Positions 15,797-26,468 of a DNA stretch of 64,000 bases are shown here, in pieces (the first letter of the stretch is position 1; each line of letters opens with the position of its first letter). The notes under the pieces are model-generated. The model ran no database searches and was not told the origin of the DNA. It saw nothing but the letters and a program-made list of their open reading frames with translations. Position numbers and translations under genes: made by a program. Source of the stretch: a bacterium (GTDB lineage Bacteria; Patescibacteriota; UBA1384; VFKW01); NCBI GenBank assembly GCA_030647355.1, contig JAUSIS010000006.1, positions 169,506-233,505 of the forward strand, in the 5' to 3' direction.

Positions 15797-17501
15797 GATA
15801 AATGGAAAGAAAATTGAAACCAACGAAGGCAAGACAGTTTTTCAAATTGCCAAGGAAAACGGTATCTATATACCTTCTTTATGTTATCATCCCGACTTGC
15901 CGGCAGGATCATCCTGTCGCCTTTGTCTTGCTCAGGTAGATGGCTCTCCGAGACCAACAACGTCATGCAACCTTACTGCTAAAGATGGCATGAAAATCAA
16001 AACCAATACCCCTGAAATTAAAAAGCTTCGCGCCAAAAACTTGGAATTTATTTTTGGAGAACACGTAATTAATTGTGGTGACTGCTTAAAAAGCTTTGAC
16101 TGCACTATCCTCCAGCTTGCCAAAGAATTTGGTATTGATATCTATCATTATAAGCATCGCAAATCGCAACCGCGACACTATACATATGGTCATGTCATCG
16201 AATTTGAAGGCAATAAATGTATCGAATGCAACAATTGTGTCGAAGCCTGCAAAAATCAATCAATTGGCTGCCTGAAAACGGCGGACTTCAATCAGGAAAC
16301 TCACATAATTCCTAGCACCGAGTCGCCGTGCATCTCCTGTGGTCAATGCATTGTTCACTGTCCAGTTGGTGCTATTCATTCAAAAAATAATGTAAAGGAA
16401 GTCGAGCGTGAATTGAGTTTAAAGCGCAAGAAAATTGTCTTTCAATTCGCCCCGTCTGTTCGAGTTTCTATTGGTGAAGAATTCGATCTACCCCCTGGAA
16501 AGATAATGACCGGACAAATCATCACCGGTCTCAAAAAACTCGGAGCGGATTGGGTGGTTGATGTTGATCTCGGTGCCGATCTGACAACCTACGCAGAGGC
16601 TCTGGAACTTGTGGAGAGATTCTCTGAAAAGAAAAACCTACCCATGATGACAACATGCTGTCCTTCCTGGGTTCTTTACGTCGAAACGCATCACCCCGAG
16701 TTTATTCCAAATCTCACATCGGTTCGTTCCCCTAATATGATCGCCGGCGGTATCTTAAGGCAAATCTTTGCCAAAAAAGTGTCAATCCAGTGCAAAGATT
16801 TATATACTGTCTCGGTCATGCCATGCACTGCCAAAAAACACGAAATCAACCGTCAGGAAATGTGGCATAATGGTGTTAAACCGGTTGACGCGGTGCTCAC
16901 AACCAGAGAGCTGGCATACCTATTCAAAAAGCGAGGTATCAACCTCGCTTTGCTCCCTTCCGCAAAACCGGATAGCCCATTAGGTGTGGAAACAGGATCG
17001 GGAACTATCTATGGCTCGTCGGGTGGAGTCATGGAAGCAGCCTTGCGCACGGGTTACTATTTCATCACCGGTAAAAACTTAAAAAATGTCGAAATTAAAG
17101 ACGCCCGAGGCATGAAAGGATTAAAAGAAGTGGAAGTTCAAATCGGTAAGCAAACTCTCCGCACAGCCGTGGTTAATGGGATGGAAAATATTGAGGAACT
17201 ACTAGTTCGACTCAAAGAAGATCCTAACCGCTACCACTATATAGAAATAATGGCTTGTCCGGGCGGCTGTATAGGTGGCGGAGGTCAGCCGATCAGCACT
17301 GACGAAAATATTAGGCAAAAAAGACAGAATGCTATTTATGAAATAGATAAGAAATCTACAATACGATTAGCCCACGAAAATCCTGTAGTGAAAAACCTCA
17401 TGGACAATGAACTGAAAACCAAATCAGCCCGCAAGCGCTTGCTAGAGACTAAATACCAGAAATCCGCAGGTCCAGGCATTATTCAAAAAATTATAAATTA
17501 A
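15777..17501 (+). CDS. hydA: [FeFe]-hydrogenase catalytic subunit
   Basis: H-cluster motifs TSCCPSW (L1), MPCTAKKHE (L2) and MACPGGCIGGGGQP (L3). N-terminal 2Fe-2S and two 4Fe-4S ferredoxin-like Cys clusters. Confidence 0.8.
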   Translation: MPKITIEINGKKIETNEGKTVFQIAKENGIYIPSLCYHPDLPAGSSCRLCLAQVDGSPRPTTSCNLTAKDGMKIKTNTPEIKKLRAKNLEFIFGEHVINCGDCLKSFDCTILQLAKEFGIDIYHYKHRKSQPRHYTYGHVIEFEGNKCIECNNCVEACKNQSIGCLKTADFNQETHIIPSTESPCISCGQCIVHCPVGAIHSKNNVKEVERELSLKRKKIVFQFAPSVRVSIGEEFDLPPGKIMTGQIITGLKKLGADWVVDVDLGADLTTYAEALELVERFSEKKNLPMMTTCCPSWVLYVETHHPEFIPNLTSVRSPNMIAGGILRQIFAKKVSIQCKDLYTVSVMPCTAKKHEINRQEMWHNGVKPVDAVLTTRELAYLFKKRGINLALLPSAKPDSPLGVETGSGTIYGSSGGVMEAALRTGYYFITGKNLKNVEIKDARGMKGLKEVEVQIGKQTLRTAVVNGMENIEELLVRLKEDPNRYHYIEIMACPGGCIGGGGQPISTDENIRQKRQNAIYEIDKKSTIRLAHENPVVKNLMDNELKTKSARKRLLETKYQKSAGPGIIQKIIN

Positions 17502-17518
17502 TATCGAAAGGAGAATAA

Positions 17519-17638
17519 TGGAATCTGTCATAGCACGCACAAAAGTCCAAGCTCGTTCAACCTCAACCCGGTTAGCGCTGGGAATATTATTCTTAGCGAT
17601 TTCTATTCTAACTGGCACTAAACAGCTCAAGAAATAGA
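17519..17638 (+). CDS. small (39 aa) single-TM membrane peptide (hypothetical)
   Basis: Strong AAGGAG RBS 6 nt before the ATG. MESVIARTKVQARSTSTRLALGILFLAISILTGTKQLKK. Below the 60-aa cutoff of the ORF track. Confidence 0.35.
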
Positions 17639-17852
17639 ACCTTGCAAAATCACGCAAATTAAAGCATATTATATTAAGAACCTGTACAAAATCTATTCTA
17701 GGAGCGAATCAGAGGATATTTTAGCCGAAAAATGCAAATCTTGAAGAAGGGATAGCCATAGCTATCTTAATGAGTGATTTACATTTTGCAGGCAAAATAA
17801 GCATGGTGCAGCTGCCAGATATAGATCTTGGACAGGTTCTAAGGGAGGACAA

Positions 17853-18290
17853 ATGATTTTCCTAGGGGCAGATCATGCCGGCTTTGAATTAAAGGAAGAA
17901 ATTCGCAAATGGCTTCAGGAAAGAGGCGATTCTGTTATGGATATGGGCACCGATTCTAAGGAGAATGTGGATTTTACCGAATATGCCAAAAGCGTTGCCA
18001 AGGCAACGATTGAACAAAACGGAAAAGGGATTCTATTTTGCTCAAGTGGGCAAGGTATGGCGATAGCTGCAAACAAAGTAGACGGAATTCGGGCGGCTGT
18101 AGCTTGGATACCGGAGATAGCCGAAGAATCAAAAGCGCATAGCGACACCAATGTTCTATGTTTACCGGCAAATTTTCTGAAAGCAGATCAGGTAAAAGAA
18201 ATAATAGATAAATGGCTTTCAACTCCTTTCGCCAGCGAACCTCGCTACATCCGCCGCATAAAAAGAATGAAGGAATTTGAAACTAATTAA
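17853..18290 (+). CDS. rpiB: ribose-5-phosphate isomerase B
   Basis: MIFLGADHAGFELKEEI...CSSGQGMAIAANK is the typical RpiB/LacAB signature. Confidence 0.8.
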   Translation: MIFLGADHAGFELKEEIRKWLQERGDSVMDMGTDSKENVDFTEYAKSVAKATIEQNGKGILFCSSGQGMAIAANKVDGIRAAVAWIPEIAEESKAHSDTNVLCLPANFLKADQVKEIIDKWLSTPFASEPRYIRRIKRMKEFETN

Positions 18291-18298
18291 GGAGTGGA

Positions 18299-18949
18299 AT
18301 GGCTCTCCTGGTCCCAGCAATTCTTGCGAAAACAGCCAAAGAATTCAACGAAAAACTTGAGATGGTTGCTCCGTATTGCCATAAAATCCAAGTGGACATT
18401 ATGGATGGGATTTTTGTTAAAGAAAAAACTATTTCTGTAAACGAAATCCCAAAATTCACTTATCCTCTAAAAATAGAACTCCACTTAATGATTAAAGACC
18501 CCTTGTCAATCTTTCAATATGAGAAACATCCCGCAGTTTCTGCGGTAATCTTCCATTATGAATCAACCGATAAACCAGCGGAAATCCTGCAAGCAATGCC
18601 GAAACGAATAATTAAAGGGGTAGCGCTGAATCCGGAAACCCCGACCAAAGTATTACAACCGATTATTTCCCAAATTGACATGGTCTTACTAATGAGCGTA
18701 AAACCGGGTAAAGATGGCCAGCAATTCATGCCCAACACTTTAGTTAAGATCTCGGAAGTCAAAAATATGCGCCCGGGAATAATCGTCGAGGTTGATGGCG
18801 GTATAAATAGCGAAAACGCCGCCGATATAGCAAACCTCGGGGTTGATCAAGCCGTAGTTGGCTCAACACTTTATGGATCAAATAATTTAAAAAGAACAAT
18901 CAAAAATATTATGCTCGAACTTGGTGACATCGAAGGAGTCGCTGTATGA
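18299..18949 (+). CDS. rpe: ribulose-phosphate 3-epimerase
   Basis: QVDIMDGIFV and VEVDGGIN motifs. Confidence 0.8.
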   Translation: MALLVPAILAKTAKEFNEKLEMVAPYCHKIQVDIMDGIFVKEKTISVNEIPKFTYPLKIELHLMIKDPLSIFQYEKHPAVSAVIFHYESTDKPAEILQAMPKRIIKGVALNPETPTKVLQPIISQIDMVLLMSVKPGKDGQQFMPNTLVKISEVKNMRPGIIVEVDGGINSENAADIANLGVDQAVVGSTLYGSNNLKRTIKNIMLELGDIEGVAV

Positions 18950-19758
18950 ACCCGCTTGAACTAGAATCTTTGTCAAAGAAAATCCGCATCGAAGTAATCA
19001 AAATGCTCGCAAAAGCTGGATCTGGTCACACCGCCGGCTCTCTTGATGTAGTGGATATCTTGGTCAGTCTTTATTTTTCTGTACTAAAACATGATCCCAA
19101 AAAACCAACATGGGAAGATAGAGATCGCTTCGTTCTTTCAGCCGGCCACATGGTCCCGGCTTTATATGCAGTGTTAGCCGAAGCAGGGTATTTTTCAACT
19201 GACCGACTAGAAACTCTGCGAAAATTAGGTTCTCCTCTTCAAGGACATCCACACTATGATCTATCTATAGGCATCGAAGCATCGTCTGGGCCATTGGGAC
19301 AAGGCATATCGGTTGCTGCCGGCATGGCGCTTGCCGGTAAAATAGACAAACAACCATACCATATATATTGTCTGGTTTCTGACGGCGAACATGATGAGGG
19401 GCAACTCTGGGAAGCAATAATGTTCTGCGCTAAATATAAACTTAACAATTTAACTTTAATAATTGATCGAAATAATATTCAAATAGACGGTCTAACAGAA
19501 GAAATAATGCCCCTTGAGCCGCTTGACGAAAAGTATCGAGCGTTCAATTGGTACATCGAAGAAGTTGATGGGCATAATATAGACCAATTAATTAAAGTAT
19601 TTGAAAAGTCCAAAAACCAAAACAAGCCGACTGCTATCATCGCTAATACAATTCCTGGTAAAGGTGTCAGCTTCTTCGAAAGAGACTATCACTGGCATGG
19701 TAAAGCTCCATCCCAAGAGGAAGCCGCCCTTGCTATAAAAGAATTGGAGTCAGCATGA
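18946..19758 (+). CDS. transketolase, N-terminal (TPP-binding) subunit of a split enzyme
   Basis: GSGHTAGSLDVVDIL, GHPH, SDGEHDEG. Its stop overlaps the start of the next gene. Confidence 0.8.
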   Translation: MNPLELESLSKKIRIEVIKMLAKAGSGHTAGSLDVVDILVSLYFSVLKHDPKKPTWEDRDRFVLSAGHMVPALYAVLAEAGYFSTDRLETLRKLGSPLQGHPHYDLSIGIEASSGPLGQGISVAAGMALAGKIDKQPYHIYCLVSDGEHDEGQLWEAIMFCAKYKLNNLTLIIDRNNIQIDGLTEEIMPLEPLDEKYRAFNWYIEEVDGHNIDQLIKVFEKSKNQNKPTAIIANTIPGKGVSFFERDYHWHGKAPSQEEAALAIKELESA

Positions 19759-20720
19759 CCGTAGAAACGAAAGATCAAGTAATCGTCAAAAAAGCCACAC
19801 GTGATGCATTTGGAGAGGCAATTTTGCAATTAGCCCGCGAAAACAAGCAAATAGTCGCCCTATCGGCTAATCTGGCAGAATCAACACGATTGGACGGATT
19901 AATTAAAGAACTCCCAGATCAATATTTTGAAGTAGGAGTAGCCGAGCAAAACATGGCTGGCATTGCCGCCGGTCTGGCACTAAGCGGTAAGATACCTTTC
20001 ATTACTTCGTTCGCCGCCTTCTCGCCTGGTCGTAATTGGGAACAAATAAGGGTCGCCATATGCTATAACAATGCCAATGTTAAAATTGTCTCAACTCATG
20101 CCGGTTTGAGTGTCGGTGCCGATGGCGCCACCCATCAAGCCCTGGAAGATATTGCCATCACCCGTGCCATACCTGACCTAGTAATTTTGTCGCCGGCTGA
20201 TTATTATGAGGCAAAAAAAGCAGTGATAGCCGCAGCCGAATACAAAGGACCGGTTTATATTAGACTAAGCCGCCAGCCATCACCTTTCATAACCGACGAA
20301 TCAACTCGTTTTGAAATTGGCAAATGCAATATTTTGAAAGAAGGCAAAGATTTGACTATAGTGGCTATGGGATTGATGGTAAACGAAGCCATGCTCGCAG
20401 CTGATAAATTAGAGAAAGAAGGGATATCCGCTGAGGTAATTAACTGCCACACTATTAAACCTCTGGATAAGCAAACTATAATATCATCTGTCAAGAAAAC
20501 CGGCAGGGCTATCACAGCCGAAGAACATCAAATTATTGGGGGTCTGGGAAGTGCCGTATCCGAAATTTTATCAGAAAATTATCCCGTACCTATTAAGCGA
20601 ATAGGCATCCATGACTGCTTTGGCGAGTCCGGATCGGCTGGCGAGCTACTTTCCAAATACGGCTGTAATTGTGATAATATAGTAGAAGCTGCCAAAACAT
20701 TAATTTCAAATACTAAATAG
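19755..20720 (+). CDS. transketolase, C-terminal (pyrimidine-binding) subunit
   Basis: FEVGVAEQNMAGIAAGLA, THAGLSVGADGATHQALEDIA. Confidence 0.8.
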   Translation: MTVETKDQVIVKKATRDAFGEAILQLARENKQIVALSANLAESTRLDGLIKELPDQYFEVGVAEQNMAGIAAGLALSGKIPFITSFAAFSPGRNWEQIRVAICYNNANVKIVSTHAGLSVGADGATHQALEDIAITRAIPDLVILSPADYYEAKKAVIAAAEYKGPVYIRLSRQPSPFITDESTRFEIGKCNILKEGKDLTIVAMGLMVNEAMLAADKLEKEGISAEVINCHTIKPLDKQTIISSVKKTGRAITAEEHQIIGGLGSAVSEILSENYPVPIKRIGIHDCFGESGSAGELLSKYGCNCDNIVEAAKTLISNTK

Positions 20721-20740
20721 CTAATGCTAGGAGGGAATTC

Positions 20741-21583
20741 ATGTTAGTCACGATAAATGAAGTTCTAAAGCCCGCCCATAAAGCCGGTTACGCCGTCGGC
20801 GCTTTCAATGTCTACAATCTCGAAACTGCACAAGCAGTTATTGCAGCCGCTGAATTGGAAAACTCACCTGTTATTATGGCTGTATCCGAAAAAGCCATTG
20901 AATACGCTGGCTTCGATAATCTTACCGCCCTACTAATAGAAATGGCAGAGCGTTCCAAAGTTCCCGTCGTCGTTCATCTCGATCACGGGACAAACCTGCA
21001 CACAGTTAAAAAATGTATTACTTGCGGGTTTAGCTCAGTAATGTTCGACGCCTCGACTTTGCCGGAAAATGAACGCATAAGAACAACTAAAGAAATTGCT
21101 AAATTTACCCATAAACATGACATAATGATTGAAGGTGAACGCGACGGGCTTGCCGGTCAAGAAGATGATATAGAAGGAGAAGGTCGCTATACCAATCCCG
21201 AAACCGCCGCCGTTTTCGTTGAAGAAACGAACATTGATGCTTTTGCGGTTTCTATCGGCAATGCTCATGGCATCCCCACTCCGGACGAAAAACTCGACTT
21301 CCCACGTCTAGAGCAAATTGCCAAAAATGTTGCCGTTCCACTGGTATTACATGGCGCATCAGGTACGCCTCCTAGTCAAATCAAGCAAGCAATTTCTCTT
21401 GGAATCTCCAAAATCAATATTGATACCGATCTTCGACTCTCCTTTATGGCTACAGTTCATGACGTTTTGATTAATAACCCGGAACTCAAGGACCCCCGTA
21501 AGATGCTCACCGAAGTTAAAAAAGCCATGACTGAAGTTGTAAAGACAAAAATAAGACTTTTTGGTTCAAATGGGAGGATTTAG
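20741..21583 (+). CDS. fba: class II fructose-bisphosphate aldolase
   Basis: VHLDHG and LHGASG motifs. Confidence 0.8.
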   Translation: MLVTINEVLKPAHKAGYAVGAFNVYNLETAQAVIAAAELENSPVIMAVSEKAIEYAGFDNLTALLIEMAERSKVPVVVHLDHGTNLHTVKKCITCGFSSVMFDASTLPENERIRTTKEIAKFTHKHDIMIEGERDGLAGQEDDIEGEGRYTNPETAAVFVEETNIDAFAVSIGNAHGIPTPDEKLDFPRLEQIAKNVAVPLVLHGASGTPPSQIKQAISLGISKINIDTDLRLSFMATVHDVLINNPELKDPRKMLTEVKKAMTEVVKTKIRLFGSNGRI

Positions 21584-22566
21584 TGGCAGCATTTAATGTA
21601 ATCACTATTGGCGATTCAGCTTTCGACACGATCCATTTTATTGATGAGGACGAAGCACGCCTTGTCTGCAATGTTCGCAAACAATTATGCGAGATATGTT
21701 TTGATTACGCCGATAAAATTCCCGTAAAAGAAATTTTTGAATCAGTCGGCGGCAATGCCGCTAACGCGGCAGTTGGTTTCTCGCGCTTAGGTCTCCATGC
21801 GGCAATTTATACTGAAATAGGGGAAGATGAAATTGGTGAAAGCATTATGAGAAAATTGAAAGATGAACATATTAATCTTAAATATGTTCGAAGGCAAGGC
21901 AAGACTAATCAGTCAGCAATTATTACGACAAACGGGGAACGAACAATTTTCTCCTATCATGAAAAAAGAGATTACCACTTACCCAAACTGGAATCATCGG
22001 ATTATATATATTTAACTTCACTAAAAACCGGATTTGACAAAATCCACGAAGCATTGCTTGAACAAATTCGAAGTAAAAAAACATTCCTGGTTTACAACCC
22101 GGGAACTTATCAGCTCAAAGCGGGCATGGTGGCGTCACAAGCTATCCTACACCGGGCGACTATGGTGATCATGAATCGAGAAGAAGCAGCCAGCTGGTTA
22201 AAACTGCCGATTACAACCGACATTAAATCTCTTCTATTCGGGCTCACCAAATTTGGCACGAAAAGTGCCGTGGTAACAGATGGGCACGATGGAGGATATG
22301 GCTTTGATGGAATAAATTATTATTTCTGCCCAATTTATCCACAGCATATCATCGAAACAACTGGAGCTGGCGATAGTTTTGCTACTGGATTATCAGCTGC
22401 CCTGTTTTATGGGGCTTCTCTCAAAGAAGCAATGCGCTGGGGCACAATTAATTCAGCTTCTGTTGTCTCAACTATCGGCAGTCAAACAGGACTTCTCACG
22501 CTCTACGAACTTAAAAAAAGAGCAAAATTGCATGAATCAGTCTGCGCTAGCCCTATTTTGACATAA
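21583..22566 (+). CDS. PfkB-family carbohydrate kinase (ribokinase/phosphofructokinase-like)
   Basis: GGNAANAAVGFSRLG N-terminal motif and TTGAGDSFATG anion hole. Confidence 0.65.
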   Translation: MAAFNVITIGDSAFDTIHFIDEDEARLVCNVRKQLCEICFDYADKIPVKEIFESVGGNAANAAVGFSRLGLHAAIYTEIGEDEIGESIMRKLKDEHINLKYVRRQGKTNQSAIITTNGERTIFSYHEKRDYHLPKLESSDYIYLTSLKTGFDKIHEALLEQIRSKKTFLVYNPGTYQLKAGMVASQAILHRATMVIMNREEAASWLKLPITTDIKSLLFGLTKFGTKSAVVTDGHDGGYGFDGINYYFCPIYPQHIIETTGAGDSFATGLSAALFYGASLKEAMRWGTINSASVVSTIGSQTGLLTLYELKKRAKLHESVCASPILT

Positions 22567-22722
22567 CAAGGAGAAAGTATGAAAATCAAAACACGAGATT
22601 TTACGCTCATAAAGGCCTATTTCAGGTATATTCTTCATATTAAATGATAATGTAATCGGGCAAACCTCTTGTTTAATTGGCCCAGATAATTTATCCTAAA
22701 ATAGATAATTAAAGGAGAAAGT

Positions 22723-23790
22723 ATGAAGCTTGCTATAAATGGTTTTGGCCGTATTGGCCGCAGCGCCTTAAAAATTGCCCTCGAAAATCCCCAAATTGAA
22801 ATAGTAGCAATAAACGATCTCACAGACGCAAAAACATTAGCCCACCTTTTACAATATGATACTGCTTATGGAATTTATAGTCAGCAAGTGGAATCCCAAG
22901 AAAATAATTTGATTATTGCTGGCAAAACAATCCCCGTCTATGCTATCAAAGAACCGGAAACGCTTCCCTGGAAAGATCTACAGGTGGATGTTGTCTTGGA
23001 ATGCACTGGTAGATTTGTCGAATCCGACAAAGCCGGTCTACATATCAAGGCCGGTGCTAAAAAAGTGGTGATTTCTGCTCCGTCTAAGGGTGAAAATGCC
23101 GCCCCGACCTATGTTCTTGGAGTAAATGATCAGGATTATAAAGGGGAGGCGGTAATAAATAATGCATCTTGTACCACCAACTGTATTGCTCCGGTAATGA
23201 AAGTTCTTCAAGAAAAATTCGGAGTCAAAAAAGCCATTCTGGATACCATCCATGCTTATACGCACGATCAAAATATTCAAGACGGACCACACAAAGACCT
23301 GCGCCGTGCCCGTGCCGCCGCCGCTAATATGGTTCCGACCTCTACGGGCGCAGCAATCGCTGCCACTGAAGTCATTCCTGCCCTCAAAGGAAAATTCGAT
23401 GGAACCTCTATTCGCGTTCCGGTTCTGGTTGGCTCTATATCCGACATCACAGTCGTATTGGAAAAGCCAGCTACTGTTGAGGAAATTAACAACGCATTCA
23501 TTGAGGCATCAAAAACTGATCAGCTCAAAGATATATTAACAACCACCAGAGAACCAATTGTGTCTTCGGACATTGTAGGTAACCCTGCCTCATCAATAGT
23601 GGATTTGGCTATGACGCAGGTTGTAGATGGTGATCTTGTAAAGGTCTTCGCTTGGTATGACAATGAGTGGGGATATTCTAATCGGTTAGTGGAAATAGCT
23701 GCCAAAATCGCTCAATATCAATCTACCGATAATAAGCCAGTCGATCTATCAGCTAAAACATCTATCATCCCGCCCAAGCCAATAGTATAG
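22723..23790 (+). CDS. gap: glyceraldehyde-3-phosphate dehydrogenase
   Basis: INGFGRIGR Rossmann start and ASCTTNCIAP active-site Cys. Confidence 0.9.
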   Translation: MKLAINGFGRIGRSALKIALENPQIEIVAINDLTDAKTLAHLLQYDTAYGIYSQQVESQENNLIIAGKTIPVYAIKEPETLPWKDLQVDVVLECTGRFVESDKAGLHIKAGAKKVVISAPSKGENAAPTYVLGVNDQDYKGEAVINNASCTTNCIAPVMKVLQEKFGVKKAILDTIHAYTHDQNIQDGPHKDLRRARAAAANMVPTSTGAAIAATEVIPALKGKFDGTSIRVPVLVGSISDITVVLEKPATVEEINNAFIEASKTDQLKDILTTTREPIVSSDIVGNPASSIVDLAMTQVVDGDLVKVFAWYDNEWGYSNRLVEIAAKIAQYQSTDNKPVDLSAKTSIIPPKPIV

Positions 23791-23802
23791 CAAAGGAGCT
23801 AC

Positions 23803-24717
23803 ATGCTTTACGATACAATTATAATCGGCGGCGGCGCCGCCGGCTTATCAGCCGCCCTTTATAATGGACGCTATGGCCACAAAACGCTGGCGCTAATCGG
23901 GGAGGGATTCGAGGGCTCGACAATGGAAACATGGGGTGTCGAAAACTATCCGGGGTATTTATCTATCAACGGGACAGATTTAATTGAGGTTCTAAAAAAG
24001 CAGGCGCAGAACGTTGGCGCCGAGCTAAAAGAAAAATATATCCACCATATATCAAAAAAAGGAAAAATATTTTCTGTCCATTATAACAATCACTACGACG
24101 AGGCAAAGACAATAATCTATGCCGCCGGTACAATGCGTCGAAAATTGGGCGTACCAAATGAAGATATATTGAAAGGCAAGGGCATCAGTTATTGTGCGAC
24201 ATGCGATGGTCCTCTTTTTCGAAATAAACTCGTCGGCGTAGTTGGGGGAGGGGATTCGGCAGCCAAAGCCGCCTTGATTCTCGCCGAGTACACTGAAAAA
24301 GTTTATATAATTATTCGCGAAGAATCATTTACTGCCGAGCCGATAAATATTCAAAGAGCCAGCGAAAATCCAAAGATCGAAGTCTTATTTAATTCACATA
24401 TTGATGAATTTATTGAAAACAATGGCATGCTAGCAGGCGCCAAACTGCATACAGGAAAAATTATTGATCTAGTTGGTCTATTTATTGAAATTGGTGGAGT
24501 TGCCAATACTGAACCGATCAAAAAACTTAATGTAGAATATACCAAAAATGGCTATATAAAAGTGGATTGCACGGGAGAAACCAACCTGGCAGGTTTCTTT
24601 GCCGCCGGCGATGTATCAGATGCTTTCGGTGGTTTCAAGCAAATTATAACCGCCGCCGCCGGCGGCGTTGTCGCATCTCACAGCGCTCATAATTATCTTG
24701 TGAAAAATAGTAAGTAA
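23803..24717 (+). CDS. trxB: thioredoxin-disulfide reductase
   Basis: IIGGGAAGLSAA FAD motif, CATCDG redox disulfide, GGGDSAA NADPH motif. Confidence 0.85.
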   Translation: MLYDTIIIGGGAAGLSAALYNGRYGHKTLALIGEGFEGSTMETWGVENYPGYLSINGTDLIEVLKKQAQNVGAELKEKYIHHISKKGKIFSVHYNNHYDEAKTIIYAAGTMRRKLGVPNEDILKGKGISYCATCDGPLFRNKLVGVVGGGDSAAKAALILAEYTEKVYIIIREESFTAEPINIQRASENPKIEVLFNSHIDEFIENNGMLAGAKLHTGKIIDLVGLFIEIGGVANTEPIKKLNVEYTKNGYIKVDCTGETNLAGFFAAGDVSDAFGGFKQIITAAAGGVVASHSAHNYLVKNSK

Positions 24718-24718
24718 A

Positions 24719-26380
24719 TTATTTCTCTAAAAACGCCTTGTTTCTCTTTGCCCGATGAAAACTTATCCCAAACCGATGCACTTCGTCGCGAATTGCCCGC
24801 AAAAGCAGCAAAGATTTTGACTGCAGATTTAGCGCAATAGGTAATTCAACCTTGGGTATAAAAATCAGCTCATCCTTTTTTACCAAACCGATAATTGGTA
24901 TTTTCAGCCCAAGCTTCTTTAATACTTCACAAGCCGCATTCAATTGTCCTTTCCCGCCATCAATTAAAATCAAACTTGGCTTTGGCAATTCCTTATTATT
25001 TAACCTGCGCGAAACAATTTCTCCCATCATCGCTACATCATTTTGCCCGACGACTGTCTTAATAATAAATTTGCGATAACGATCCTTACAGGGGACGCCT
25101 TTTACAAATGTAACCATAGCGCCAACTGCCTGATTTTCTCCCAAATTGGAGATATCGAACGCCTCAATTATTTGGGGAGATTTTGGAAGCTCTAAATCCC
25201 TCTGCAATGATTCCAATATATTATTCAATTGTTTACTCTTAGTTAAAACTTGATTTGTCGAATCAATTGCATTCTCCAGAGCCAAATCAACAAGCGCCAT
25301 TTGATCCCCTGGTTTTGGTTTGGAAATCTGTGTTTTGATACCTCTTTCTAAAAAAGCGCTCACTAATATTGTTAAATCCTCTACTTCGGTATTAACCAAA
25401 ATCTCCTTTGGAATATCAAAATTATTGACATAATATTGGCTTAAAACCGCATGTAAAATATCTTTCTCGTCGAATTTGTCAACTGCGTCAAATTGTAAAT
25501 TATTGCAATGTAATAATTTCCCTTGCCTAACTTTCATTACTGTACATGTAGCGATATCGTACATTTTATAAACAGCAAATATATCACGATTGGTTAAGTG
25601 CGCTGAAACAATATGTTGGCTCTCTATCAAGCGATTAAGGTTTGCAATCTGATCTCTGGTTTTTGCGGCTCCTTCGAAGTCCATATTATTGGCTTGCTTT
25701 TCCATGTCCAATTGGAGTTCTTTCAATAATTCCTTATAGTTGCCTTTAAGAAATTTAATGGTCGAATTAATGCGGTTGTCATATTCTTCCTTGGTAACCT
25801 TTCCTGCATAAGGTGCAGCACACAAGCCAAGCTGATAATTCAAACATGCCCTCTGCCCCGTCTTATAGGTATGAGTCACAATTCCAAAATTTTTTCGAAT
25901 GAACTGTATGGTTTGTCGCAGCGAATTTGCCGACAAATAAGGGCCAAAATATTTTGCTTTATCATTCAATACATTCCGTGTGATAGTTAAGCGTGGAAAT
26001 TCCTCATTTGTAAGTTTCAAGTAGGGGAATGTTTTATCGTCTTTTAATCGAATATTATATGTTGGATGATATTTTTTAATTAAGTTATTTTCTAATAGTA
26101 GCGCCTCAAACTCGTTGCTAACGATAATTGTTTCAATATCGTCAATTTGCCTGATCATCAGTTCAATCCATGGCGAAGGCAGATCCCTTCTTGCGCTGAG
26201 CGAAGTCGAAGTGTGAAAATATGAGGTAACCCGGTTTTTTAAATTCTTTGCTTTCCCCACATACAAAACTCTACGATTTTCATCTCGCATAATATAGACG
26301 CCTGGTTTTTTTGGAATGTTTCTACATATATCAAGCATGATTCGTATTATACTATAAAAATGACCTTTTGAATATTCCAT
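24719..26380 (-). CDS. uvrC: excinuclease ABC subunit C
   Basis: GIY-YIG domain (PGVYIMRDENRRVLYVGKAKNLKNRVTSYF). UvrBC-interaction, RNaseH-like and HhH regions present. Confidence 0.85.
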   Translation of the reverse strand: MEYSKGHFYSIIRIMLDICRNIPKKPGVYIMRDENRRVLYVGKAKNLKNRVTSYFHTSTSLSARRDLPSPWIELMIRQIDDIETIIVSNEFEALLLENNLIKKYHPTYNIRLKDDKTFPYLKLTNEEFPRLTITRNVLNDKAKYFGPYLSANSLRQTIQFIRKNFGIVTHTYKTGQRACLNYQLGLCAAPYAGKVTKEEYDNRINSTIKFLKGNYKELLKELQLDMEKQANNMDFEGAAKTRDQIANLNRLIESQHIVSAHLTNRDIFAVYKMYDIATCTVMKVRQGKLLHCNNLQFDAVDKFDEKDILHAVLSQYYVNNFDIPKEILVNTEVEDLTILVSAFLERGIKTQISKPKPGDQMALVDLALENAIDSTNQVLTKSKQLNNILESLQRDLELPKSPQIIEAFDISNLGENQAVGAMVTFVKGVPCKDRYRKFIIKTVVGQNDVAMMGEIVSRRLNNKELPKPSLILIDGGKGQLNAACEVLKKLGLKIPIIGLVKKDELIFIPKVELPIALNLQSKSLLLLRAIRDEVHRFGISFHRAKRNKAFLEK

Positions 26381-26468
26381 TGCAGCTTTTATCCTTGATT
26401 TTTTACTGGGTTTTTGCTAGAATTAGCAGGCAATATATCTTGCGCATCTGGAGGGGAGCGTGTAGAAA

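Noticed and set aside
17442-17657. 71-aa minus-strand ORF
   Set aside because: Overlaps the hydA 3' end and the RBS-supported 39-codon plus-strand gene.
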